Of a stretch of 54,884 bases of DNA, positions 1-12,542 are shown piece by piece. A model generated the notes under the pieces. That model ran no database searches. It had not been told where the DNA came from and saw only the letters and a list, made by a program, of their open reading frames with translations. Numbering within the stretch: the first letter of the stretch is position 1; each line of letters starts with the position of its first letter. Location: the NCBI RefSeq assembly GCF_001194135.2, contig NC_068982.1, forward strand, positions 23,354,623 to 23,409,506, written 5' to 3'. Both the position numbers and the translations under genes were made by a program. This DNA is from Octopus bimaculoides. Lineage: Eukaryota.

Positions 1-29
1 TATATATATATATATATATATATGTATAT

Positions 30-839
30 AAAACGCTTAAATAGGCATGGCTATTAATTCTGACATGAAAGGAAACCATTGAGCCGGCGGATTTCCAAGA
101 TATAGCTCCCCAGATCATCATAGATTATCCTCCATGTTTAACAGTTGGAAGAACACAGTCTAGGTCAAATACTCCTTTTGGCTGTTTCCACACGTATACT
201 CGACCGGCGGTCGGAAATAAGGTAAAGGATGACTCATCCGAAAAAATAACAGTCTTCCACTGCTCTAGGGACCAATTCTATAGGTTTTTATTCCACTCTA
301 AATGCTTTGCAACGTTTATTTTTGAAAGTAGCTCATCTGTGAAATCCAGTGAAGAGTTTCTATGGAAACAGGGTTCTTGAGGTGGTCATTAAGCTCTGTA
401 ATAATCTTGAATGTTGTACTTTTGTGATCCTTTCTAAAAATTTGCGCAAGCGCCCGACGCTCCCTATCTGAAAGTTTTGGTTTTGTTCCGGAGTTTTGTT
501 TCGACGAGGAGGTTTTCCCCTCTTTCTCAAAAGCTGCCATTACTTTCAAGTCAGTTTTGTTTGATACACCAAACATTTCGGCTGTTTTCTTCATGCTGCC
601 ATACGAGCACCAACAAATCAACATCTTTGAAAGTCCGATACATCCGTCTTTTTAATGAATTTTAATTACCTTTTTCTGATGATATCTGAAAAGAAACATC
701 AAATTTAGCAAAACATATTAAGCAACACTAATAATAAATCAAATAACATAATAATATACAAGCCTTTGTCGGTTTTATAGATATTTCAAAATTATGATGC
801 TACGATGCTGGGGTTTTCCATTATTTTGTCCAACCCCTG
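30..839 (-). mobile_element. Tc1-family DNA transposon, 3'-truncated relic (5' TIR, HTH region and first catalytic D)
   Basis: Minus strand begins TA-CAGGGGTTGGACAAAATAATGGAAAACC at 841-812 (TIR-like). ORF 316-624 gives the Tc1 HTH region (FEKEGKTSS..SGTKPKLSDRERRAL..KIITELNDHLKNPVS). By-eye translation of about 285-30 gives WSLEQWKTVIFSDESSFTLFPTAGRVYVW..PTVKHGG*SMMIWGAIS, the Tc1 FSDES/VKHGG motifs. It is cut off by the (TA)n at the window start. Confidence 0.9.
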
Positions 840-1003
840 TATATATATAATAAGGTGTAAATATTCTAAAGCGAATAATTATAAAATATTATTGTTATTA
901 CTATCTGCGGTAAATATTAATTAATAATAATGACGACTGTAATAAAGGTGACTGCAGACGTTCAATAGTGTTAATTAGCTATACATTTAAAATTTATATT
1001 TAA

Positions 1004-1429
1004 CATAAGGGCACAGGAAGCGCCTACCTGCTAGAGAGTGGAGTTAAAACACTCCACGTAACCACCAATGACACTGAAAAATTCAACAGATATTCGGGCA
1101 AGTGAGCAAGAAAACATTTGACATATCACAGCTTAATGCTATATAGTTGATATTTTGGATGTACTTGTATCATGAATATCTTTATAAATATTTGCTGTTG
1201 AATATTTACTGTTTATTATAAGCATATTGACACTGAAGTTTTTTTCTGAATTTGGGACGAATCACTTCAGAACTGCAGCAGACTCGAACGTGTCGAGTTG
1301 AATTTTCCCCTTGTTTCTGCTCGATACCCGCCTGCTGTTGTATTCTGTTGAATGATTCAGTGTCATTGGCGGGTACGCTGAGGGTCTTCACTCCACTTTG
1401 CAGCAGGTAGGCACTTCGCGTGCCTTATG
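1004..1429. mobile_element. Foldback/MITE-like element with about 87-bp imperfect terminal inverted repeats
   Basis: 1004-1090 (cataagggcacaggaagcgcctacctgct..ccaatgacactgaaaaattcaacaga) aligns with the reverse complement of 1344-1429 at roughly 80% identity by eye. The interior is non-coding and no clear TSD is visible. Confidence 0.75.
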
Positions 1430-1457
1430 ATATATATATATATATATATATATATGC

Positions 1458-1490
<33 letters not shown>

Positions 1491-1570
1491 TGTATATGTA
1501 TGTGTGTGCGTGCGTGAATGTGTGCGTGTGTGCGTATAAATATGCATATATGCATGCATATGCATTTCCT
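1429..1570. repeat. Compound microsatellite (TA)n/(TATG)n/(TG)n
   Basis: Direct reading; explains the ORFs at 1425-1750. Confidence 0.95.
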
Positions 1571-2807
1571 TTTCTTTTCTTTTCTCTTTTTTTTTTTTAC
1601 TTTTTCTTTTTCTCTCCTTCAAACACTCACGCGTCGAAATTTACAGGAGTGATCATTGAACATACATATGCATACGCATATTTCCACCCATATTTATTTG
1701 CATTTATGCGTATATATGTATATATATATATATATATACAAATGTATTAATATATGTGTGTATACACATACATATATATACACGAACAGCAAAGTAACGA
1801 TGACGGGCGGTATTACGTGATTTTGATTTTATAAAAGTTAACGACCCCTTCTACAGATAGAATGATCCATTTAGCACCTCCCACAATATTTCTATATAAA
1901 GATATTATGTAAACCCACATAATAATTAATTAATTATTCAACTAATGAAATTTGTTACCATCTGTCATTTTATCAGACCTCTCAATTTTACTGTTGTATA
2001 TTTCTCGAATTTCAAACCAATGTATTTAGGGACGTCAAATTTCAGAATATCAGAGTTATAATTTAAACACGGGTGTTCCTACCTAGAAGAATTTGCAGAA
2101 GTTAGATAAAATTAGATAAGGAACATATCAAATTACTTTCTTAAATTTACTATAAACTATAGACTCGCTACTGCCATTGTTCGTGACACATCAATAGGTT
2201 ATCAAGTTTATTGTATGCTTGTCCGGTGAAAAGAGAGACAGGATTCTCCTAGAAACCTAATTACCAAGATATGGCAGCTTACTACAACAATTATACAAGT
2301 AGCAGTAATGAAGAGGTAATATGAAGAGTAGGCAATACAGTGATGGAATTTGAAAGTAAATAAATAATGAAAGAACGTGAGGGGTAAGAGGTCGTTAGAA
2401 TGGATGCATATAATAAATTATTGACCGCCTCTCTAATCAAGTCTAGATAATAATAGGTTTACTACAATTAAAATTTAATTAGATGCTATAGTTAAAGGTT
2501 AAATTAATGATAAGTTACGAAATTAGTGATTGGTTGGTTACACAAGAGATAATTCGAGTAGGGCGGTAAGAGAATAAGATAAGAATATTAGCGTAAATGT
2601 TACTTCATTCAAAGCAAGTTGACTATTTAGAAATTTGATGTGGTGGATTAAATGAATACGTATTCAGATTTTTCTCCCTTGGCATCTTCTTAGGCGAGTT
2701 TTTCCACTTGGTTGTGACAGAGATACTGGCCTAAATTTCTTTAATCTTTACTTTATCTCATTTCGCACATACATCGATGCGTAAATAGAAGCATGCCTAC
2801 TTATACA

Positions 2808-2827
2808 CACGCACGTATATACGCATA

Positions 2828-2871
<44 letters not shown>

Positions 2872-2895
2872 CACACACACACATACGTACATGCA
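2808..2895. repeat. (CA)n microsatellite
   Basis: Direct reading. Confidence 0.95.
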
Positions 2896-3354
2896 TGACT
2901 GTTCTAACTGTCATACCAAAGGCATCTCAGAACTAGAATGCGTTCATACGTTTAAAAAACAAAGAATTTTCGTGGAAAATCCTGATAAGAATAGCCCGGT
3001 GAAAGCAGATATTGGGTTTGAGAGAAAAATATATGCACTTTAGAAGAGATTAGCTACCCTGCTAATAATGTCCAATGTCATAGGTGCGCTGTGATATATA
3101 ACAACTGATCAGAACAGTAGAAATCTAGTAAAAGTGGTGTTCTTCTAAAGATAAACAAGCCAAACGTGTGTGTATTCTCCAAATTCAAGAAATTAGTGCT
3201 ACAGTTAAAATCTGCAAAACGTTCCAGAGATTTTCTCTGTGAGATTTCAGAGCAAAACATGAAGAACGTGGCAGATGGTCCAAGGGTTACCCATGTGTAT
3301 TTCTTGTTTGTGATATATGCACACAACCATATATAAATATGTAAAGCATGGATA

Positions 3355-3371
3355 CGCACACACGCACACAC

Positions 3372-3409
<38 letters not shown>

Positions 3410-3420
3410 ATGCATACATA
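3355..3420. repeat. (CA)n microsatellite
   Basis: Direct reading. Confidence 0.95.
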
Positions 3421-4417
3421 CAGAAGAGTGAAGTGCAAACACTTGTATACTAAAGTGTAAAATGTGTGAAGCACTGAAATTGTTATACGTACTTAATATC
3501 CACCACACAAATACAAGTTCTCAATTAACACCAAACGTGCGAATATGCATACATCAACCAATACGTACGGCTACCAAACCTCCAACACGTCTTAACTGAA
3601 ACAACAGAGCCGTGCCACTTGGTTAGTGACCAATATGAATTCTCCAAATGAAACATCACACATATCTGAATGCGTGAATAAGCAGATTTGCATAAAGATA
3701 CGAAATAGCAGCGGCATGATTACGGAAATAACGTTAATGCCTAATATGCAGATTTTCAGATTCTAAATTTTATATATGGTGGAACGTATTTTGTATTATA
3801 GTATCAAATACATAAAGCCACCTAGTAAAATCAGTTAATACATAGATTTAAATGGTATCTACTGGTGAACTTGGCATTTAGAGAATCCCAATGACTCGTC
3901 GGTATTATTAGTTTGTTAAAACTATAGTCCATGCCAATGTGACTTATAAGCTATTTGCCAGACAAAAATTGGTGGCATGTGGAATATGTCGAATGAATCA
4001 TTGTTGTGTAAATAGGAAAGACATCTCAGTGCAGGTTCCAAACACATTTAAAACAAAATATTACTATTCAAATTACTACGTGTCCATAGGATATTCGAGT
4101 GAAAGTCTTTTGTGTTTCCTCATTTCTGAGCCACATAATAGAAGGTACAGGGGAGGAATTATGGTCGATCGAAAGAGAAGTATTAATTACTTGAATTATG
4201 GTAGGTATGTAACTGAGGTGGAACACACAGTCATATATTAACTAATACGTTTAAAACTCTAGATTAAAATCTTAGAAATAACATAAAGAGTTGTATTTTA
4301 GTTATCAGCGATTCGTTTCGTTGCTATCATCTGCTGCAGAACGGAGATATAGTTTTTTTTTTGTATCGGTGTGTTATAATACTGTAACACATCATTAAAC
4401 CAGCATTATGCCTGTTG

Positions 4418-4446
4418 TGCTAACGATTCTGCCAGCTCTCCGCCTT
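4418..4446 (-). mobile_element. SINE head remnant
   Basis: tgctaacgattctgccagctctccgcctt is the reverse complement of the family head ggcggcgagctggcagaaacgttagca seen at 15164, 31290 and 45620. Confidence 0.6.
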
Positions 4447-4780
4447 ATATATAGAAATAACGATAGCAAACAGGAAACATTTATGGTATTCAAAGATTCA
4501 TATAATACACACACGTTTTAGCAACTTGTTCAAATAATTAGATTAGTGTTGGAGAAACGTCATGTACTCTTGCACCTCAGATCATCACTGTCCCGAAATA
4601 CATATGCACTTATAGTGCAGGATACATCAGCGTCCCGCTCTATTGATGTGTATGATTGCATAATGTTTCTACAACTGTTATGTAATTATCTGGATATTTT
4701 TAAGAAACGCGTGTATCACCTATAAATCATTGAATACCATGCATCTTTTTCTGCCTGTTATTATCATTTCTATTATTTAG

Positions 4781-4903
4781 ATCTCATTCTGCACATTAGC
4801 CTGCATCGAAGATGAAGCTCCACGTTGCAGTATACTGGATACTAGACTGGAATGTGGAATCTACTGTGGAGCCCGATCATTGTTTACGGATTCTGCTTTG
4901 TAG
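4781..4903 (+). CDS. Candidate terminal coding exon, Cys-rich 40-aa peptide (unverified)
   Basis: Pyrimidine-rich tract ending ttctattatttAG at 4780. Phase-0 frame ISFCTLACIEDEAPRCSILDTRLECGIYCGARSLFTDSAL*. AATAAA at 5028-5033. No homology recognised. Confidence 0.2.
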   Translation: MSFCTLACIEDEAPRCSILDTRLECGIYCGARSLFTDSAL

Positions 4904-5601
4904 TGTCTTTATTGGACACTTAAATATACACACACACATACACATATATATTAGTCGTAACATATAAAAGAGGATGAATTTACATATAGGTTCTATAGTA
5001 CGTTATAGCAAATTTCAGTATATATTTAATAAATAATATTAAATGACTACAGCAATGCGCTTCTAGTGGCGTCTCAGATAATTATAATTATATCGGTTTG
5101 AAATCATCAATAGATGCGACAGTATATGAAATTTACGTTACACCAATAATCTTTAATACATTGAAACATATATCTACATTAAACCGCTTAAATTAACTTA
5201 CCACTACGAAACCTAGGATAATTTCTGGTATCAGTATGGTTTTTAATTTTTGCTCCTGTAATTTTAGTATAACTTCCTTCGCGGTTAATCAAGCGAGAAC
5301 AGAATTGATGGTTCATGAGATAGATCATTTATTTAAGCAAAAGTAACAAGAATCGACCGGTGAAAAGAGAGAAATTAAGCAAAGATATACCACACTTTAT
5401 AATTTCTCTTTATCGGAAGCCACACATTTCATAAATTATAATAGTAGGTTGATTATTTACGTCTAATTATACTTTAAGTGTTTTGTAATATTGTTTTGAT
5501 TGAAAATTTTCGTGTGATTAAGAGTGATTATATTTTTCGTTGGCATTCAATTTTTCATCACACATCGCATATGTACAAAACTTACACACCAATACACATT
5601 C

Positions 5602-5616
5602 CTATATATATATATA

Positions 5617-5651
<35 letters not shown>

Positions 5652-5688
5652 ATGTGTGCGTGTGTGTGTGTGTGTATACCTATGTATA

Positions 5689-5766
<78 letters not shown>
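5602..5766. repeat. Compound (TG)n/(TA)n microsatellite
   Basis: Direct reading; explains the three overlapping ORFs at 5478-5978. Confidence 0.97.
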
Positions 5767-5769
<3 letters not shown>

Positions 5770-6745
5770 CATTTATTGTTTACCAGGCGCTAGCCGTGGA
5801 AATTCGACTGGAAGTGGTTTCGTATTTTACAAAGAAACCTAAATATATAATTACAGTTGAAATTGTGTTTTGTCGTGGTTATACGCTTATTGTATCTTCT
5901 ATATTCAAACTTAATACTTATTTTCACTTTACATCAAGCAACAAGCTCTTAGTCAGGGACCGAAAAACAAATGCGTAATAATTAGTCGACATGTGTTGTT
6001 ATATTAAATTATAACTACCTTGGTAAAATCTAAACAAGTTTTAATACGCTGTAATACACCGCTATGTTTATATATCAAATTGGATAAACTTGAATACACG
6101 TTTCTGTTAAACGAACTATCGTAGACCCTGCTGTAGGCACTGCACCAGCCACCAAACTAAGCTAAGTATTCTCAAGATATTAGAAGTTATTATTTTAGTC
6201 ACCAACATAGCTGTACGGCTTGAAGGTTCGCTTAAAAAACTTAATGGTTTTCAGTGGGTGCATTTTCACTGCATATTAGCTAAGAAAATATTTTCTGCTG
6301 TAGTCTGGGGTTCATTACTATCTTAAAAGACTTGTGGTTTACAGAATCAGTAAGGAGTCAATCGTGTTCACAAACACATACACTTATGCATATGCGATTG
6401 TACAATCGTGCCTTAGAGATTATAATTTTTTTGGTGTTTACTTTTTACCTTGAGGATGTGTAAGGAAATTTATTTATTTAATTTGAATTAAGAGTTGAAT
6501 TCGATCTTGTACAGGAATGTTTGCATAGGTAACAAACTTTAATATATATGGATATTCGCGTCAAAGCTCTTATTTAAATGTTTGATATATAACCAAGGAG
6601 ATCGATTCATAAGGAGTTTATTATAGATCTTTGTGGACGAATTTTTGCTATTTTGGTAACGATTACATGTTTTATCCTATCAATACATTTGGTAGATATC
6701 ATTATATAAACACACACACACACACACATACATATATATATATAT

Positions 6746-7208
6746 NNNNNNNNNNNNNNNNNNNNNNNNNNNNNNNNNNNNNNNNNNNNNNNNNNNNNNN
6801 NNNNNNNNNNNNNNNNNNNNNNNNNNNNNNNNNNNNNNNNNNNNNNNNNNNNNNNNNNNNNNNNNNNNNNNNNNNNNNNNNNNNNNNNNNNNNNNNNNNN
6901 NNNNNNNNNNNNNNNNNNNNNNNNNNNNNNNNNNNNNNNNNNNNNNNNNNNNNNNNNNNNNNNNNNNNNNNNNNNNNNNNNNNNNNNNNNNNNNNNNNNN
7001 NNNNNNNNNNNNNNNNNNNNNNNNNNNNNNNNNNNNNNNNNNNNNNNNNNNNNNNNNNNNNNNNNNNNNNNNNNNNNNNNNNNNNNNNNNNNNNNNNNNN
7101 NNNNNNNNNNNNNNNNNNNNNNNNNNNNNNNNNNNNNNNNNNNNNNNNNNNNNNNNNNNNNNNNNNNNNNNNNNNNNNNNNNNNNNNNNNNNNNNNNNNN
7201 NNNNNNNN
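6746..7208. other. Assembly gap (N run)
   Basis: N characters, preceded by (CA)n(TA)n. Confidence 0.99.
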
Positions 7209-7227
7209 AGCTGCGATAACTATTAAT

Positions 7228-7573
7228 TTCCAGTACCGCTGCCGTAGTCTCCTTTAGAGAGACTTAGAAATATTAATAACTCTATTTCTGAAAACCAGTG
7301 GATAGATTCCACTGAAATTAGATAAATAACCTTCGAGCAGATAGTTAGCAGCGCCGCCTGGCTATGGCTTGGCTGCTCTGCATTGACAAGGGGCAACACC
7401 CTGAAACTAGTCTGCAGATGCCAAACCAGCAGGGGGACACTGCTGACCTCCCCTGTTCGAAGGTTATAAAGGACACAGGTTTCGTGTGTCACATAGCTAG
7501 CTAGAGGCGATGGCTTCTTGGAGCTAATTCACGGCAGCTTTCGTCCTAATTTTGGGACTGCCATGTTGGCTTG
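7228..7573. mobile_element. 346-bp GC-richer insertion flanked by a 15-bp direct repeat (putative TSD)
   Basis: GCGATAACTATTAAT occurs at 7213-7227 and 7574-7588. The interior is richer in GC than the flanks and has several short hairpins. Family not recognised. Confidence 0.55.
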
Positions 7574-7599
7574 GCGATAACTATTAATATATATATATA

Positions 7600-8385
7600 T
7601 AGTCGAAATTTACAGTAAACAAAACACGAAGACAGGTGTATAAACAACAAGCAGGCGTATTAGTTTGACGCTCGGGTAGGTGAGAAAGTCTTTTTCGTTT
7701 TGTACCAATATATAAAACACACACACACATGAAGAGAGAAAAAATGACTTTTCTCCCGGTTATTTATCTAATGACCAAATGTTTACAAATCGTAACTCTG
7801 TCTTTTAGTGATGGAAATCTGAAAAGAACCTGTGACAAGAAATCTGGATCCTTTTGCTTAAAACTTTTATCAAATTGGTCTAATTCATATCTTCTAAATA
7901 GGTTTCATAATTGTCTGGGTTAAGAAGCGATACACAAAAATAGAAAGGTGTTGCCACTGAAAATCAGGTTGAACTGAATCAAATCAGATAATAAAAAAAT
8001 TAAACAGATATAACAAAACAAAGGAATTTTGTCTTTAGGAGTGGCTACGTAGTGAGTTAAAGTTGGAGAGAGAAAATGGAAAGAGAACAACAATGGAATA
8101 TCAGGGCAAATGACAGAATCTCTTCTGAATAAATTATATACATACTGTCACACTATTATGCAAAAACTGGTATATACTGGTATACACAAACACTTATGCG
8201 TAGTATGTGTGTGTGTGATTGAGAGAGAGTGGTGTGGGAAAAATGAATGTGATGCACAGTAACGCAATGTTTCACACATACACATTAACTACACAAATTA
8301 ACAGTAATTACTTTGGTTGATATAATCGAAGAAACCTGAGAAACAGTTGCTCCAGCTTGAACCTCATCAGATAACTGGTCAATAA
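7600..8385 (-). mobile_element. Decayed Penelope-associated (pseudo-LTR-like) repeat remnants
   Basis: gtcgaaatttacag..aacgaagacaggtgtataaacaac..gacgctcggg resembles a repeat I recall from Octopus. The minus strand carries CTGATGA-GGTT...AACC-AAAG at 8370-8311. Confidence 0.35.
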
Positions 8386-8644
8386 TTATATATATATATA
8401 AATGCTATAAATCGAAGTTACTTATATTATAAATGAGTGAGTTTCTTGATACAACTACGTATTTAGTTACACTATTGCTTATTAGTTACATATGCATTAA
8501 TACACACGCACACACAAAAGCATAGATTCTCTCCATCCTCTCATTTCACATTGCTCTCCATAACTGTTATATTTCTCATTTCTTGAGTTACTTCCCTTAT
8601 TTGCATTGAAACGGGAGATAAGTTGGAACGCTATTGTATTGATA

Positions 8645-8790
8645 CTGATTACACCGATCCCACTGCTTGACTAGTACTTATTTTATCGATCTCGAAAGGA
8701 TGAAAGACAAATTCAACACCGGTGGCATTTTGAACTCAGAGCGTAAAGGCGGACGAAATGACGCGTAGCAATTCTGCCAGCTCACCGCCT
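8645..8790 (-). mobile_element. tRNA-derived SINE (Octopus-type family), degenerate
   Basis: Reverse complement of the head (ggcggtgagctggcagaa..ttctgagttcaaa) and of the core (tttcatcctttcgagatcgataaaataagtac). Confidence 0.85.
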
Positions 8791-9279
8791 TTCTGTTGTA
8801 TTTATATTTAGATCTTATTGAAGCGACTATATAATTTTCTATTAAAATAGTGAACTATTTGTTGTTAAAAGAAACAAATATATTTTTCTATTTACTACTC
8901 ATAATTTGAGAAGAATATAAAGAGTTGTTTTCGTAAAACCTATAATAATTACAACACACAAAAATGCATATAGTGATTTTGTTAATGATGACACTCAACG
9001 TTAGTAAAATATACAAGATTAAAACTAATATATTTTTGTATTTTATTAAAACAACGAATACAAAATTTTTAAAAATGAATTTTGTTTTGAGAAATGACTG
9101 GAGAAAATGTTTTCCGGATATAATAGATATTTGAGAGCGGTAAGATGTTTCTAAAAGGTGAATAGTTATACAGAAAGGCATTGTGAAAACAGCTGCGTTG
9201 ATGCACACAGTGGAAGTGGAAGATGTAACTGTAGCAATAATGATTACGCAATCGATAAACAACGGCGATCTCTCTTTAC

Positions 9280-9540
9280 CATCATAAATTTTTGAAAACA
9301 CTGAAAATTGTACTCTGAATGATATTGTAGATCTTTCACGTTGGGAGACGCTCTTATACAAACAAACTTAGAAGCAAATATTTTAGTTGTTGAATCTAGA
9401 AGAAAAAAACTGCACCTCTGACTTTTGAAATTTTTCCGAAGCCGATGAACTTCATGCAGGTAATATTCTACTTCAGGTATTACTGGTTTATATCTGCAGG
9501 AAAAGTTGGCCAAGATGCTGTTCTTTTGACTTGACGGCAA
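9280..9540 (-). CDS. Candidate coding exon (unverified)
   Basis: Minus-strand acceptor ttcaaactcttgtAG precedes the open frame LPSSQKNSILANFSCRYKPVIPEVEYYLHEVHRLRK..FQKFMM, with a possible donor ATG|GTAAAG near 9280. No family recognised. Confidence 0.2.
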
Positions 9541-10647
9541 CTACAAGAGTTTGAATATGAGGTTAAGGTGAACTCGAGACAGAAATAAACCAGCAGTGTT
9601 TGACTGACGTATTTATGAGACCACCAATATCCGCTAATATAGGGGAATGGATTCCCCCATATTAGTGGGTATATGATAGAATATCAACAGCAATAGAAAA
9701 TCAGTACCAAAAGTAACGATATCGACAACTCCATTACTCACAATTATAACAACAACTAGATCAAAATATGTAGATCATCATTCGCAGTCGCCCTAAGAAC
9801 ACCGTTATCAACATCAACAATAACATAATAGTGCAGCAAGCGAGTGAGTACTCGATCTGCTACAAATAAGAGCGCAATTTTCGTATGCCAAGCCCAAACA
9901 TTTTGAAAGGGAAAATACAAATTATTATGCCTTTGTTAACTTTTGTGGAAAAAAAGTAAAGCTGATCACGTTTAGGATGCTTGTTCAAAATTATTCAAAT
10001 GTGTAGGACTGAAGCTAGCCAGCAAAATCAAGGATTGTAGCAACAAAAAAAAAAAAAAATCCTCGCATTTTGCCATAGTCTACAGTTTCCCCTCTTCAAT
10101 ACAAGCTTTAAATCTAAAGAAGAAATAAAGCAGAATTTTCTTTACAAACCGCACTGCTATACTTTCATAGAATTTGTTCTCTGTAGAGGATAATCAATAT
10201 GATAAATGGAAACGAAGAAAAAGCATTAACTGACTGAGGTGACAGAAAGTGTTTCTAGGAAGTAAATGAATTACATATCTCTGTGAGCTACAGAGAGATG
10301 CTGGAGGAATACATTTTACCGTTCTTAGAAATCTAAGGAATCCATGCTGTTCTTTGTTTACAATGGGTCACTGGTACGTAAATATGACAACTCATAACCC
10401 CAGACCTATATTAAGATAGTGGATAACTTTTATACTATTTGGAAATTAAGAGGTTAATGTTGTTTCAGTCCTTCTTGCCATGGGAATTGGCTTAGGTGGC
10501 AGAAACTGCGAAGTTACTCTCAGTAACAGTATTGTTTAAGAAATGAAATTTTGTTTTTATTCTACAAAGTATAGAAAAAAATCCATCAAATTAATGTAAT
10601 GTTTGGGGTTATTATAACTGAACATAAAAGCATACATCAATATATAT

Positions 10648-10758
10648 NNNNNNNNNNNNNNNNNNNNNNNNNNNNNNNNNNNNNNNNNNNNNNNNNNNNN
10701 NNNNNNNNNNNNNNNNNNNNNNNNNNNNNNNNNNNNNNNNNNNNNNNNNNNNNNNNNN
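10648..10758. other. Assembly gap (N run) within (TA)n
   Basis: N characters. Confidence 0.99.
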
Positions 10759-10800
10759 TATATATATATATATCCATGGTATTTCAAGTTTAGCTTGTAC

Positions 10801-10863
10801 CAGGAAATTTAGGGAAAAAATCTGACAAATTCTAATTAGAAATTCTGAAGCAGAAGCGAGATC
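10801..10863 (-). CDS. Candidate 63-nt phase-0 exon (unverified)
   Basis: Strong minus-strand acceptor tttttatctttcaacttcatgcgtttcacAG. Only one frame is open (DLASASEFLIRICQIFSLNFL). The donor GTACAA is weak. Confidence 0.2.
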
Positions 10864-11299
10864 CTGTGAAACGCATGAAGTTGAAAGATAAAAATATAAT
10901 AGCATGAAAAATGTAGTGAATTTCTGCCCAACTCGCACAGAAATGAATATTAAATAGTTGGCATCACCTACCAACACATTCACGATTAAATAATACTGGA
11001 TCAACCACAATAAGAAGACCAACATGAGTAATGGATGTCAGAGCAATGAAAACATTGCACAAGTGTAACCAAAATGCAGCAACGAAAAATAAAAGAATAA
11101 GATGATGAAGGAAATATGAACCCTGCACTGCAGTGTTCAAAGGTTTATAACACGTTTTCGATGTTTCTCTAATTACCTTTAATTACATGAATTGAATATC
11201 ATCGAGTTAACTGATTAATATGAATTTGTAAGTATGTGCAATTTTATAACCATTGTTAACTTCATTCTCTCTAAAATTTTAGAAATACATAATCGTTTT

Positions 11300-11478
11300 G
11301 TTTTGTCACAAAGCTAGAAAATTCGATTACATTGACCCCAGTACTCTACCGGTACTTACTGACTCTCAAAAGATGTGCAGCAACTTCGGTGGAATTTGAA
11401 CTCAAAACTTAAGAACTGAAAGGGATACCGTTAAGAATTTTTCTCCGACTCGGTGAGGATTTCTCCAGCTAACCACCT
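11300..11478 (-). mobile_element. tRNA-derived SINE, highly degenerate
   Basis: cgattacattgaccccagtact..ggtactta..ggaatttgaactca..ccagctaaccacct matches the reverse-complemented family layout. Confidence 0.7.
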
Positions 11479-12327
11479 TTTAAAGAGATAAGTAGTAATA
11501 TTATTTTGTTTAATGTTTGTATAACAGTAGAATCCTTAGCATACCTTTCTAGTTCATATCCAATACCGCTTTTGCGAGTAAAGTCGTATAATTCCTGTAT
11601 AAACGTCTGTAACTGCAATGTTAATCTAGCAGCAATTCATACACAGAGGATGTTTGTGGTAGTGCTGTATAATTTATATAGGCTGTTTTTGATTAATGAG
11701 GTTACCCTAGGCAGAGACTAAGTGGAAAATATGATCCAACCATTGAATAACATTCACCTGCCGAAGTTTGGCTCATTTTTTTATGATTCTTATCTTCGTA
11801 TCTACAGAATTGTGTGTGTGTATGTGTTTTGTTTCATTTCACAACGTTTTCTCATTAATATTGATGCTATCTAAATTGTAGCTAATGGCTCTATGATCTT
11901 CGAGTGAGAAACACTTTCAGAAGTCTTCCAGTATTCATTACATATAATGTTTACTCGCTTTTTCTTCACTACAAGTCACTGCTTATAATGTTGTTCATAA
12001 GAAGTTGGTCATTATAGCAACGAAAGGCATTACAGCATTTCTTCTGCTTTTCTGGAAACAGCTTGCAAACTTGTACTTATACTTTTCACCGGGGTAATTG
12101 CTTTTATGATCTCATAACTTTAAAAAGGCAGGTTATGAAGCTATGTGTCGGTAGTTTCTATATTTTATCGTTTCTAAGGTCTCTGGGATTAAAATGCTTT
12201 ACCTCCCAAGGACCCAGTTTAGTTAATATATGAAAAACTCTCAGTATCTGAATAAAAATCACAGTGCATCCAACTGTTTCATTTTCATCGTGGTCGAACT
12301 GTTTCTCTTTATATGGATCATCCCGAT

Positions 12328-12542
12328 TATTTGTTTCAAATTTTAGCACAAGGCCAGTAAGTTCGGTGGCGGAGGGAGTCGATTATATCGCCTTCAGTGC
12401 TAAATTCGTACTTCTTTCACCGACCACGAGAGGAAGAAAAGTAAATTCGATCTCGGCAGAATTCGAATTGAGAACGTAATGATGTCGAAATGCTACTGAT
12501 CATTTAATCCAGCGTGATAAAGATCCTATGAGCTCGACGCTT
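12328..12542 (-). mobile_element. tRNA-derived SINE, degenerate, 'ggccttgtgc' tail type
   Basis: gcacaaggccag..gtcgattatatcg..ctcggcagaattcgaattgagaacgta..agctcgacgc. Confidence 0.75.

Noticed and set aside
2223-5372. Exact 16-mer CCGGTGAAAAGAGAGA at 2223 and 5357
   Set aside because: A rough estimate gives on the order of one such pair by chance in 55 kb of AT-rich DNA, and the flanks do not extend.
10230-10520. Possible Tc1 catalytic-domain remnant (YREMLEEYILPF)
   Set aside because: A single short motif, no TIRs and no flanking DDE motifs; too weak to call.
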